Assembly (NCBI GenBank): GCA_002269645.1
Contig: NIVC01001886.1
Span: forward strand, 1-64,000
Source: Macrostomum lignano
Taxonomy: Eukaryota
Direction: 5' to 3'
Length of the DNA stretch: 64,000 nucleotides
Under the pieces are notes generated by a model that was given only the letters and a program-made list of their open reading frames with translations, did no database searches and had not been told where the DNA came from. The position numbers and the translations under genes were made by a program. Positions 1 to 11,869 of this stretch are shown piece by piece (position 1 is the first letter of the stretch; each line of letters starts with the position of its first letter).

Positions 1-110
1 AATTGAGTCACCAAATCAGTAAATAATTCAGTCACTAATTCAATCACCAGCTTAGTCACCAATTCAGCCTCCAGTTTAGTCACCCATTCAGTCACCAAAT
101 CAGTCACCTG
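1..110. repeat. Degenerate short tandem repeat with CAGTCACC core
   Basis: Repeated agtcacc(aaat/aatt/catt) units; the core resembles the satellite at 35505-37580. Confidence 0.6.
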
Positions 111-362
111 AATGTTTATCAATGTTTCCATCGCGGACGGCAAATCCAACGAAAACTCGTGTTATGGTTGATTAAATTGAATAAATTGATTAAAACTGAT
201 CAATTAAGTTGATTCGTTATCATTTTTAATCACGCATGCATGAAGCGACAAATTTACTCTAATTAGACAAATTAAAGCTGAAGGATCTGTATTGCCTTAA
301 AAGGTAGTGCCTTCCTTAAACAGTATTGAAAACATTGGGTAAAAGAGTTATACAGCTGTATC

Positions 363-785
363 TTGTTCCAGACCGTCCGCCCCATCACACTTCCCCATCC
401 GCCCACTCCCCCTCTATCTGCTCCCTGTATTTATCTTCTTCCTATACTCTTCTGCCTCCATTTAACGGTGTGCATGCTCGTCTCCAACGCCCCACTTTGT
501 ACTTCACCGTCCGCCATCATCATCCCTACAACCGCCTTCACTAACACTCTCTCCGCTCCCTCTCTCGCTCCCTCTCTCCGCCTCCCTCTATCCGCCCCTC
601 TCTCCCGCCCCCTCTACCTGGCTCCGCCCCTATCCGCCCCCTTTATCCGCCCCCGCCCCCGCCCTATCCGCCACTTTATCCGCCCCCTCTCTCCACCCTC
701 TCTATCCGCCCCGCCTATCCGCCCCCTTTATCCGCTCCGGCTCCTATCCGCCCCCTTTATCCGCCCCGCCCCTATCCGCCCTCTG
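363..785. repeat. C-rich low-complexity repeat ((c)tatccgcccc units) in the GPCR intron
   Basis: Many tatccgccc(c) copies directly upstream of the acceptor cag at 795-797. Confidence 0.75.
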
Positions 786-797
786 CTTTATTCGCAG

Positions 798-1221
798 CCG
801 AGCGGCAAGCTTTGGACAGCGATCGCGAAAGCGGCAGCGTCGGCGGACTGATGAGGCGTGCCAGAGTGCGGAGCCTGCGGATGTTCGCCGCGATCATCTT
901 GACCTTCATTGTCCTGTGGACACCCTACTGGCTGATCTACCTCGCCACCTGCGTGAGCAACCTGGTCACCGGTGTCTAGATCAGACTTCGGACCAGAATT
1001 ATCACTCCAGACTCGAACTGGCTAGCGATTTAATCTTCTGCTTCGGCATGAGCGTTAGCTCTGTGAATCCCTTTATCTATGCCTTCTGGGGTGGAGGCAG
1101 AGGCGGCGGCGGAGGTGGCGGCGGAGGCGGCGTCGGAGGTGGCGGCGGAGGCGGCAGCGGAGGCGACGGCGGAGGCCGGAATCATCAGCAAATTCCGCAA
1201 ATTCCAATGCTAATCATCTAA
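798..1221 (+). CDS. Last exon (TM6-TM7) of a class A peptide GPCR (GnRH/AKH/corazonin-receptor-like), with an apparent 1-nt frameshift near 976
   Basis: After the acceptor at 797, one frame reads RRARVRSLRMFAAIILTFIVLWTPYWLIYL (TM6, WxP) up to TAG 977-979. The adjacent frame continues LDQTSD...LASDLIFCFGMSVSSVNPFIYAFW (TM7, NPxxY) to TAA 1219-1221. Upstream exons are outside the window. Confidence 0.8.
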
Positions 1222-1764
1222 ATCTTCATGTTGGATATTTCTTTATTAACTTACCAAACTCGAGTCAAGAATTCGTAGAAATTACAACTTCCTGAAAGTT
1301 AAGCAAAGAAAACTTTTTAACTAATGTCTGGGCGGGATGGTTTTGAAAGTGAGAAAAGTTTTGTAAAATATTTTCAGGTCTTGACTCGAGGTGCAAATTG
1401 TTTGTTTGTCAATTCCCGCTGTATTTCAATAATTTGTACTGTGAGGCAACCGCTTCATCCTAATCACATAATTACGTAATTAGCCAGTTTTTCTCCTCTA
1501 TAAACATCTCTATGAGAGATGGATTTTATGGGTTCTGATTGGCATTGTAGTTGCTGTTGCTGTTCGGTGTTGCTAACGCTGCAAGTTAAGCACAGTTGAA
1601 CACGGTTAGCTATGGGCCATTCCAGCTGCTTCATCTGGCATGTATTTCTGTGTTTCTAAATCAAATGTTGCTGCTTTTTTCTTTTCTACTGTTTGATTTT
1701 TGGGAAGTATCGTCGTAAAAAGTTGTGAAAATCTTGAAAGCCTATGATCTACCTGACAATGTTA

Positions 1765-2110
1765 TAAATAGGATTTGGAAACTGTTTGATAAGATTGTAA
1801 AACTGTTTATAGGATTGTAAAACTGTTTATAGGATTGTGAAACTGTTTATAGGATTGTGAAACTGTTTATAGGATTTGGAAACTGTTTGATAAGATTGTG
1901 AAACTGTTTATAGGATTGTAAACTGTTTATAGATTGTGAAACTGTTTATAGGATTGTGAAACTGTTTATAGAACTGTAAAACTGTTTATAAAACTGTGAA
2001 ACTTTTAATTGTTACACAGTTCCCCTGTGAAACTATGTATAGAACTATAGAACTGTGAATCTGTTTATAGGGCTAAGAAACTGTTTATCGGACTGAAAAA
2101 CTGTTTAAAT
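1765..2110. repeat. 20-bp minisatellite (aaactgtttataggattgtg)
   Basis: Tandem copies, degenerate toward the right end. Confidence 0.9.
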
Positions 2111-2544
2111 GAGCTAGAAACTACACACATTTATGTCCAAGATTTGCTACTAAAAGTAGCGCTAGAAAAAGCTTCAACAATTATTCTTGAACAGCCACAA
2201 TTTTTATGATGGTAAGTTTTCAGTCAGCCTGTTGAGAAGTGAATTGCCTGTTGAGAAACATTGAAATAGACTAAAATACCTCAGCGCCCTAAGGACAGTC
2301 GGTATTTAATTAGAGCGTTAAAATCTTAAAGCTTTGATCAGCTGTAAAACGCAATCAAGTACGACATTCTGCAGTGCTTGCCATCCAAAAAGTGTAAGCT
2401 CACGCGACTCTTGTATATTTAGCTGGCGCGAATGAAATTTTTTCACATTTTCACCTGAAAGAGCGTTAATTAGGGGTGAACAATCTATTAATTCCCAAGG
2501 TTTGGGATTAAAAGGCTCGGTGACAATTGGTCACTCTTTCTTGG

Positions 2545-2810
2545 CTAACTAAGGAATTGCCCTTGTGAATCATATGATATCTGACAGAGGAATTCCCCTT
2601 GTGAATCATATGATATCTGACAGAGGAATTTCCCTTGTGAATCATATGATATCTGACAGAGGAATTTCCCTTGTGAATCATATGATATCTGCCTGAGGAA
2701 TTCCCCTTCTGAATCATATGATATCTGACAGAGGAATTCCCCTGTGCATCATATGAGAGGAATTCCCCTGTTGCATCATATGATATCTGCCTGAGAAATT
2801 CCCCATAGTG
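2545..2810. repeat. 36-bp minisatellite (gaggaattccccttgtgaatcatatgatatctgaca)
   Basis: About 7 tandem units; gives the 12-aa periodicity in ORF 2508..2969. Confidence 0.9.
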
Positions 2811-2883
2811 ATGAGCAATCGGTAAGACCTCAATTTTATAAACTGTCACCGCGCACAAACGTGAATTCAATCCTACTAAATTT

Positions 2884-5800
2884 CTACACAAATGCTTTCG
2901 CTTCGCTTCCGCCTGCGACTCCAGCAGCTGTCGATGCCGCAACGCTCGCACCGGAAGCTGTGGCGGCACTTCCGGCCAGTTCGCCGGCTGTGAGCAGGCT
3001 GACTGAGAACTTCTTGCCGCTGTTGGCGTTGCCGCCTCCGCCGCCGCCGCCGGTAGAAGCTGCTGCTCCAGCTATGCCGGATTCGGCGACGTCTTTGAAG
3101 TCGGACCGGATGATGTAGAGCAGGAAGCCGAGAAACTGGAACACATCGGCCACCACAGCTAGCCAATAGGACCAGCGCAGCTCGTTTCTGTGCAAAGCGT
3201 TCTGCTCGCCATGCTTGATAAAATCGCCCCACACAGCCACGGCTACCAGTAGGCAGAGAACTGCAAGTTTATAATGCAATAATTGCAAGTAATATTTGTA
3301 TGATGCAATAATCGTGCGTCCCATTCGAAGCTCGGAGAAGCTCATCACAGCAGGACACTAACCGAGACCAACTCTGCTTAATTTGCACAAGTGGCTGCGA
3401 GTTTGCTAAGATCTATCGACCCCTTGCCTAATATAGTTAACTCAATCCCTTCCAGCCAATAAGAATGGAGCAAAGGATTGGGGAAGCGGGATAGGCGTGA
3501 GGTGGGTAACAGTCGCAGCCAATCAAAACTCGTCACTGCTAAATCGATACTCACGAAGCATTCGTGATGTACACACTTACAGGAAGCAAGCAGACTGCTG
3601 ACAAATAGCAATCTCAGAGTCTTGCTGTGCATCGAGGCCTCGAATTTCATGCGAACAATGCCGATCGCTAGGGAGGCTACGGACGCCACCAGGCCTAGAA
3701 TGAATGCCGCCCTGGTCTTAATGAAGTCCGCTGCAATAGAGACAAGTTTTACACAGATTAGATCTGCTTAACAACAGCTGGCACCCCCCTGAACCCACAG
3801 CAATGCCATTCTATTTGATTCGAGACCATTTTATTTGATTAAGTGCCATTTTATTTGATTGGATGCCATTTTATTTGATTAGACGCCATTTTATTTGATT
3901 AGACGCCATTTTATTTGATTAGACGCCATATTATTTGATTAGACGTCCATTTTATTTGATTAGACGCCATTTTATTTGATTAGACGCCATTTTATTTGAT
4001 TAGACGCCATTTTATTTGATTAAGTGCCATTTTATTTGATTAGACGCCATATTATTTGATTAGACGCCATATTATTTGATTAGACGTCCATTTTGTTTGA
4101 TTAGACTCCATTTTATTCTATTGGAGGCCATTTTATTTTATTGAAGGCTATTTTATTTGACTAGACGCCATATTTTTTATTAGACGCCATTTTATTTTTT
4201 GGAGGCCATTTTATTTGAATCAACGCCATATTTTTTATTAGACGCCATTTTATTTGATTAGACGCCATTTTATTTTATTGGAGGCCATTTTATTTGTTTA
4301 GACGCCATTTTATTTTATTGGAGGCCATTTTATTTCACTAGACGCCATATTATTTGAATAGACGCCATTTTATTAGACTAGACGCCATATTATTCGAATA
4401 GACGCCATTTTATTAGACTAGACGCCATATTATTTGACTAGACGCCATATTATTTGATTAGATGCCATTTTATTTGATTAGATGCCATTTTATTTGATTA
4501 GATGCCATTTTATTTTATTGGAGGCCATTTTATTTGATAAGGAGGACATCAAGACACCAAAATGTTGGGCGATCAAGATCAAGATTTGTACGCGAGTTAA
4601 TGTGTAGCTTAGTGGGTAATTTTCACGCATACGAGGTATGGATTAACTCTGACAGTTCTCAGTTTCTCGGATAACTATTCTATCTTCAGAAGACGAAAGA
4701 CTGTTACTGAGGATACTAAAAGTACTGAAAATGGTAATGGGAGCAGTAATCCTTCAATTGGAATGGGACAAGCTCATACTTCGTATAAGGCTCGTATAAG
4801 AAGCAAAGTGCTTCCGACTTGTGGTTCCGCTCTCCAATCTTTCTCTTTGCTATGCAAATGCGATTAGTTGTCAATTATTTCTGCTTTCTCTTGCCTTATT
4901 TTTCCCTCGAAGTCTGACCATCACACAGTAAGTACAAAGTCAGAACTAAGCTGACCGATTTATATTTGTCTTGCGGGACTATTGCAGTTACGGATGCTTA
5001 CTAAAGTGCAGACCCGATGGAAGGGCGAATAGCGACTGCCGCAGGCTTGTTCGAAGTTGGCAGTTCCTACTGGAGCCGTTCGCCCCAGTTACTTTTGCCC
5101 GCAGCAGCAGCAGACGCTGCACATAGTCAGCCAGAGCTTTCAGTCCATGCGCACCACTTGCCGCATCGGGCCGCGAAATCTGCCGGCTGAATCGCGTGCG
5201 GTTGGATTGGCGGAGTGCTTTTGTTCCCATGGCTCTTTAGTTAGAATGCTTGAAAGATAGCGATCACCCACGGAGTTAGGGTAAGAGTTAGGGTAAGAGT
5301 CAAGGTAATACAAACTGCTGACAGAGCGGAAGCCTTGTCACCTGTCCGTCAGTGCCTCGGCAGAAAATTTCAGCCTCGATGTCATCCGGCACGCAGAGCA
5401 CGACGTGTCCTCGACGGTCGAGGACAGCAGGGCGAGATCGTCGGCGTAGCCAAGCACGCTGAGCCGCCTCTCCGGTCGACCCACGCGTCGCTGCAACAGG
5501 AAGCCGTCTGCCTACCTCGAAGTTTGTCTACCTTGGCGGTCTGGTGCCTGACGTGTGTGACATTTGTCCCACGCTTGACTGGCTGACAATGTATTTTCTT
5601 GTTGTTTTTGGAAGGTAAGGATTAGGGTAAGGATTAGGGTAAGGATTAGGGTAAGGATTAGGGTAAGGATTAGGGTAAGGATTAGGGTAAGGATTGGGGT
5701 AAGGATTAGGGTAAGGATTAGGGTAAGGATTAGAGTAAGAGTTAGGGTTGGGGAAAAATTCAGCATTTTCATCCACTGCGCAAGTGTCACTTCAGAATAA

Positions 5801-6972
5801 ATTAACCAGGATTTCTGTTCTCCACCAAGTAAAGAGAAAGTATATCCAGACACTCATCTGCCACACACAGCTGCCCAGACTTCCCAGCGGCTGCCTTAGA
5901 TTGAAGTTGAAGAAAAAAATTGGCAAAGAAGTTTCAGAGACTCTGCCAAGAGGACAGCCAGACGCCATACGGTCTCTGGTGTTTACGAGTACCAGCTTCA
6001 AGCTTTCTCTGTTTAGGTTGAATTTTGTGCAGTCACTTCTGGCTCGCCTGCGCTAGGGAGATAGACAGATTATCAGTACGGAGAGGAAGGGGATCATAAC
6101 CCGGGCAGATTGCGGCAGCTGACGTGGGGCAAAAGAACTTGCTTTTTTTCTGCTGGCCTTTGCAGATCCCACTGTGACCCGATTTTTTTACACAATTCAA
6201 GCTGAGTTTGTAGTGCAGCGCTTTGGGAAGTTATTCTGCAAAGTGTGTTTTTTACTTAATCGTTTCTTGCAGCCTTACCAGAGGATTTGTTCTACAGTGC
6301 TTTGGGAATAACTTGAGAAACATGGCGCCTCACTTTTGAGAATCGTGGCGCCTCTCTTTTGAGAATCATGGCGCCTCACTTTTGAGAATCGTGGCGCCTC
6401 TCTTTTGAGAATCATGGCGCCTCACTTTTGAGAATCGTGGCGCCTCTCTTTTGAGAATCATGGCGCCTCACTTTTTGAGAATCGTGGCGCCTCTCTTTTG
6501 AGAATCATGGCGCCTCTCTTTTGAGAATCATGGCGCCTCTCTTTTGAGAATCGTGGCGCCTCACTTTTGAGAATCGTGGCGCCTCACTTTTGGGATTATG
6601 GTGTCTCACTTTTGAGAATCGTGGCGCCTCAATTTTGAGAATCGTGGCATCTCAATTTTGAGAATCGTGGCATCTCAATTTTGAGAATCGTGGCATCTCA
6701 ATTTTGAGAATCGTGGCACCTCTTTTTTGATAAACCAACAACAACCAAGGGTTAAGAATTTATTACTATAGTCCAGAAGTCTTTGGCTGCAACCAAATTC
6801 GAGAAAAACTTATTGACAAAAGTCCCAGTGGGAACTCACGCTCAGCCGAGTGATCCTCCTTCATCACAATTGGCCAGCTCGGCAGCTGGGTGGCTGCCAC
6901 CACAGTGCCGGCCAGGCCGCAGCCGCAGGCCACCAGTATGGTCCTGTCTATCACTTGCAGCGAGGGCCACAT
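2884..6972 (-). CDS. Four-TM claudin/PMP22/EMP-like membrane protein; exons about 6972-6840, about 5232-5002 (uncertain), 3730-3581, 3260-2884
   Basis: TM1 ILVACGCGLAGTVVAATQLPSW then GTGAGT donor. Exon 3730-3581 (150 nt, phase 1-1) gives DFIKTRAAFILGLVASVASLAIGIV and LLFVSSLLAS. The last exon gives FLCLLVAVAVW and RWSYWLAVVADVFQFLGFLLYII, typical of TM2-TM4 in this superfamily. The acceptor of the second exon is not resolved. Confidence 0.7.
3815..4535. repeat. 20-bp minisatellite (ccattttatttgattagacg), intronic
   Basis: About 35 units; many contain CGCCATTTT or CGCCATATT. Confidence 0.92.
5300..5600. mobile_element. Degenerate non-LTR retrotransposon RT fragments in opposite orientations
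   Basis: Minus strand reads RRLSVLGYADDLALLSSTVE (YADD at 5437-5448) then VPDDIEAEIFCRGTDGQVTRLPLCQQFV. Plus strand reads FVYLGGLVPDV at 5523-5555 (the FxYLG motif of LINE RTs). Confidence 0.75.
5612..5750 (+). repeat. Telomere-like 12-mer tract (TTAGGGTAAGGA)n; related units at 5276-5303
   Basis: About 11 tandem units containing TTAGGG. Confidence 0.9.
6320..6720. repeat. 23-bp minisatellite (tggcgcctcacttttgagaatcg)
   Basis: About 17 tandem units in intron 1 of the claudin-like gene. Confidence 0.92.
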
Positions 6973-8059
6973 AGCCTTGAATATCGCCAAGTCCCAACAC
7001 GGCTGCAGACGGCGCGAGCCCTTCTAAGACCAATTTTCTAGCCAATAATCCGAGGAGGGGGGGGGGGGCGAACTTACTGAATATGCCAGATTCTTGTCCA
7101 CTGCTCGCATCTGTGTTCAGGCCGTTAGCCTTGTGCGATTGGCTGCGGACGAATAAGTCCCCCAAGATCCGGAGGGAAATGTGGGGGGGGGGGCGAGAGT
7201 GATTGAGAGTGGACGGCGCCCAGCGTTTGCTCCGACATAGGAAGTCGAGAATGTTGTGTTGAGCAGTGATGGCAGCTGGACCACACAGACGGAGCTTTTT
7301 CTGTTCAGGCCGCCCCCCACACCAATCAAACTATATGCAAGGACTGCGAATGCTTTCTTGGGCTTTGCAAATGACCCTTGAGGACTGTAGCTCGCTATAT
7401 GAATATTTGTTAATCATTTTCCCTTGTGTTTGGCCTCCCTGTGCTATCAGCATGGGTGATGAAAGACTGCTGGGATTGCGGTTAGGGTTAGGGTAAGGTT
7501 TAAGGTGTTAACGGCTTCCTGTAAGAGGTCAGATTGTATACTCTGAGGGCATTAGTGGCCAAGAATTAACATCTCGTTTTAGCAACCGTTTATCTTACTG
7601 ATATGATCAACAATCGATCAATCAGGCTTAACTGTCAGGATTGAGATTGGCAATTCCAAACAGCTGAACTCGTGCTTAACTACAGAGAGCTGACAACTGA
7701 CGGCTCAAAATACAGTTGTTCTAGAAGTGTCTCGCACAAACTATATGACAGGCAGCGGAAATTAAAACCCCGGTTCTCTATTGGCTATCAAAACTGAAAA
7801 AATAACGTTGAATTAGCTTATTTTACTCCTGCCACCTCAGAAATTGACATTCGTCAGTCTACGACAGTTGGACAGTTGACTCCTATCAATCACTATGGAC
7901 TTTGATTTTGAATTTGAGAATACAGATGTAGCGCTCTTTTAATTGGCTTTAACAATTACTCACTCACACTGGCTGATGTGAGCAATCCGGCTGGTAAGAA
8001 AGTACACTCATTCACCTCCGAATCGTGAACTTTTTTCAAAATCATTTTTTTGAAAAGGC

Positions 8060-8950
8060 TTATCAATGAGGGCTAATCAATGAGGGCTAGTCAATGAGGG
8101 CTAGTCAATGAGGGCTAGTCAATGAGGGCTAGTTAATAAGGGCTAGTTAATAAGGGCTAATCAATGAGGGCTAGTCAATGAGGGCTAATCAATGAGGGCT
8201 AATCAATGAGGGCTAGTCAATAAGAGCTAATCAATGAGGGCTAATCAATGAGGGCTAGTCAATGAGGGCTAGTTAATAAGGGCTAATCAATGAGGGCTAG
8301 TCAATGAGGGCTAATCAATGAGGGCTAATCAATGAGGGCTAATCAATGAGGGCTAATCAATGAGGGCTAGTCAATGAGGGATAGTTAATAAGGGCTAATC
8401 AATGAGGGCTAGTCAATGAGGGCTAATCAATGAGGGCTAATCAATGAGGGCTAGTCAATGAGGGATAGTTAATAAGGGCTAATCAATGAGGGCTAATCAA
8501 TGAGGGCTAATCAATGAGGGCTAATCAATGAGGGCTAGTCAATGAGGGCTAGTTAATAAGGGCTAATCAATGAGGGCTAGTCAATGAGGGCTAATCAATG
8601 AGGGCTAGTCAATAAGGGCTAATCAATGAGGGCTAGTCAATGAGGGCTAATCAATGAGGGCTAGTCAATGAGGGCTAGTTAATAAGGGCTAATCAATGAG
8701 GGCTAGTCAATGAGGGCTAATCAATGAGGGCTAGTCAATAAGGGCTAATCAATGAGGGCTAGTCAATGAGGGCTAATCAATGAGGGCTAGTCAATGAGGG
8801 CTAATCAATGAGGGCTAGTCAATGAGGGCTAGTCAATGAGGGCTAGTCAATGAGGGCTAATCAATGAGGTCTAGTCAATGAGGGCTAATCAATGAGGGTT
8901 AATCAATGAGGGCTAATCCAAAAGGGTTAATCGATGAGGGCTAATCAATG
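8060..8950. repeat. 14-bp minisatellite (aatcaatgagggct)
   Basis: About 60 units with a few recurrent variants (agtcaat, agttaataa). Confidence 0.95.
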
Positions 8951-9754
8951 ACGACCATCCCTAAAGGCGCGCACAGTGTATACACTGACTTTCGATGAAA
9001 AAAGTCAGGGCTGCTGTGCACCCTGTGTGACTGTGGCACCTGTGTCAGCCGGTTCAGCGCAATGGGCATGACTGCTTGCCTCCCCTCCCTGCTGGATGCG
9101 GGTCGAACGTCGCCTTGATTCCCCAAAGCCTCTAACCCAAAAAACTGCATGCAGTTCAAATACCACCGCTATCAGAGCACACACAAAGCTCGATAACTTT
9201 GATAACGCAAACACATCATTTTTGTACCGTTGAACGAGACTTAACTATTCGCAAGTGACAGTAACGCGTGGACTGCGACCACTTAAAAAAGTTCTAGTGC
9301 TGCTTTTCAGGTTTGAAAGACAATATTATTTTACAATCAGCCTTCAGCCAATCGAGCTGTTTACATAGAGAATTCATTTCATGGCTTCACAGCCATCAGC
9401 CAGGGACTTCTCATCCATTCGCTCTAACGAAAGCGAGCAGGGAAATTATTTTTGCAGTGGCGCATCAGCAATTCAGGTAAGTTATTACCTAGAAGTCCGG
9501 CCCTCTCTCTGAAGCGGCGTTCCTGTCTTTCCAATCAATTCGCGGTGACAGTGGAAACAGCCGGGGCGGGCAGTCTCCGAGGAAAGATAAATTTACTCTG
9601 GGCAAGACAAGTGAGGTGGGAGTGGACAGAAACTGGAGTAGCTAAAAGGAGTGCGGCACAACTGTCTTCTTTTGCTTTTGAGCCATGTAGTTCAGAATCC
9701 AATCACTAATTCATCATTTCTTCTTCTCTTCCGTTCTTTTCTGCTTTCTCCAGT

Positions 9755-11640
9755 CAGCTGGATGGTGAGGGCTGTGTGTGTCAAACACGATTTCAGCTGG
9801 ATTGTGAGAGCTGTGTGTGTCAAACACGAGTTCAGCTGGATTGTGAGGGCTGTTTGTGTCAAACACGAGTTCAGCTGGATTGTGAGGGCTGTGTGTGTCA
9901 AACACTATTTCAGCTGGATTGTGAGGGCTGTTTGTGTCAAACACGATTTCAGCTGGATTGTGAGAGCTGTGTGTGTGTCAAACACGAGTTCAGCTGGATT
10001 GTGAGGGCTGTTTGTGTGTCAAACACGAGTTCAGCTGGATTGTTAGAGCTGTGTGTGTGTCAAACGCGAGTTCAGCTGGATTGTGAGAGCTGTGTGTGTC
10101 AAACACGATTTCAGCTGGATTGTGAGAGCTGTGTGTGTGTCAAACACGAGTTCAGCTGGATTGTGAGAGCTGTGTGTGTGTTAAACACGATTTCAGCTGG
10201 ATTGTGAGGGCTGTTTGTGTCAAACACGAGTTCAGCTGGATTGTGAGGGCTGTGTGTGTCAAACACGAGTTCAGCTGGATTGTGAGGGCTGTTTGTGTCA
10301 AACACGAGTTCAGCTGGATTGTGAGAGCTGTGTGTGTGTCAAACACGAGTTCAGCTGGATTGTGAGAGCTGTGTGTGTGTTAAACACGATTTCAGCTGGA
10401 TTGTGAGGGCTGTTTGTGTCAAACACGAGTTCAGCTGGATTGTGAGAGCTGTGTGTGTGTCAAACACGAGTTCAGCTGGATTGTGAGGGCTGTTTGTGTC
10501 AAACACGAGTTCAGCTGGATTGTGAGAGCTGTGTGTGTGTCAAACACGAGTTCAGCTGGATTGTGAGAGCTGTGTGTGTTAAACACGATTTCAGCTGGAT
10601 TGTGAGGGCTGTTTGTGTCAAACACGAGTTCAGCTGGATTGTGAGGGCTGTTTGTGTCAAACACGAGTTCAGCTGGATTGTGAGGGCTGTTTGTGTCAAA
10701 CACGAGTTCAGCTGGATTGTGAGGGCTGTTGTGTGTCAAACACGAGTTCAGCTGGATTGTGAGAGCTGTGTGTGTGTCAAACACGAGTTCAGCTGGATTG
10801 TGAGGGCTGTTTGTGTCAAACACGAGTTCAGCTGGATTGTGAGGGCTGTTTGTGTCAAACACGAGTTCAGCTGGATTGTGAGGGCTGTGTGTGTGTCAAA
10901 CACGAGTTCAGCTGGATTGTGAGAGCTGTTTGTGTGTCAAACACGAGTTCAGCTGGATTGTGAGGGCTGTTTGTGTCAAACATGAGTTCAGCTGGATTGT
11001 GAGGGCTGTTTGTGTCAAACATGAGTTCAGCTGGATTGTGAGGGCTGTTTGTGTCAAACACGAGTTCAGCTGGATTGTGAGGGCTGTTTGTGTCAAACAC
11101 GAGTTCAGCTGGATTGTGAGGGCTGTTTGTGTCAAACACGAGTTCAGCTGGATTGTGAGGGCTGTGTGTGTGTCAAACACGAGTTCAGCTGGATTGTGAG
11201 GGCTGTGTTGTGTCAAACACGAGTTCAGCTGGATTGTGAGAGCTGTTTGTGTCAAACACGAGTGTGTGTGTGTTTGTGTCAAACACGAGTTCAGCTGGAT
11301 TGTGAGAGCTGTGTGTGTGTGTTCAGCTGGATTGTGAGGGCTGTGTGTGTCAAACACGAGTTCAGCTGGATTGTGAGAGCTCTGTGTGTGTGTCAAACAC
11401 GAGTTCAGCTGGATTGTGAGAGCTGTGTGTGTGTGTGTGTGTGTCAAACACGAGTTCAGCTGGATTGTGAGAGCTGTGTGTGTGTGTCAAACACGAGTTC
11501 AGCTGGATTGTGAGAGCTGTGTGTGTGTGTGTGTGTGTGTGTGTGTCAAACACGAGTTCAGCTGGATTGTGAGAGCTGTGTGTGTGTGTGTGTGTCAAAC
11601 ACGAGTTCAGCTGGACTGTGAGAGCTGTTTGTGTCAAACC
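9755..11640. repeat. 39-41+ bp minisatellite (caaacacgagttcagctggattgtgagggctg plus a variable GT tract)
   Basis: Constant core of about 32 nt followed by (GT)n of variable length; explains all ORFs from 9651 to 11730. Confidence 0.95.
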
Positions 11641-11869
11641 TGAGTTTAGATGTCTGTCATTTGTGTCAAATTTGAGACTGAGAGTGATATGAATGCCTTG
11701 AAGGCCTCTCATACTGTACAGTATAATCATAAATCAATCGAGAATGTGACATCAAGGGGCAGAGAAATGAGAAACTCGTTTGATAAAATGTTGACCGAAC
11801 TGTTACTTTCGACAAGTTAACAGAATATTATTCTGCATTTTTGTAAGCTCACTGAACCATCTGCTCCGT

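Noticed and set aside
9440-9620. Exon-like segment with AG and GTAAGT/GTGAGG signals
   Set aside because: No recognisable protein and no partner exons found
9651-11730. Many overlapping ORFs (VKHEFSWIVRAVC repeats) and a CRISPR-like repeat/spacer look
   Set aside because: The variable part is only a GT microsatellite, there are no unique spacers or cas genes, the context is eukaryotic, and the ORFs are satellite translations
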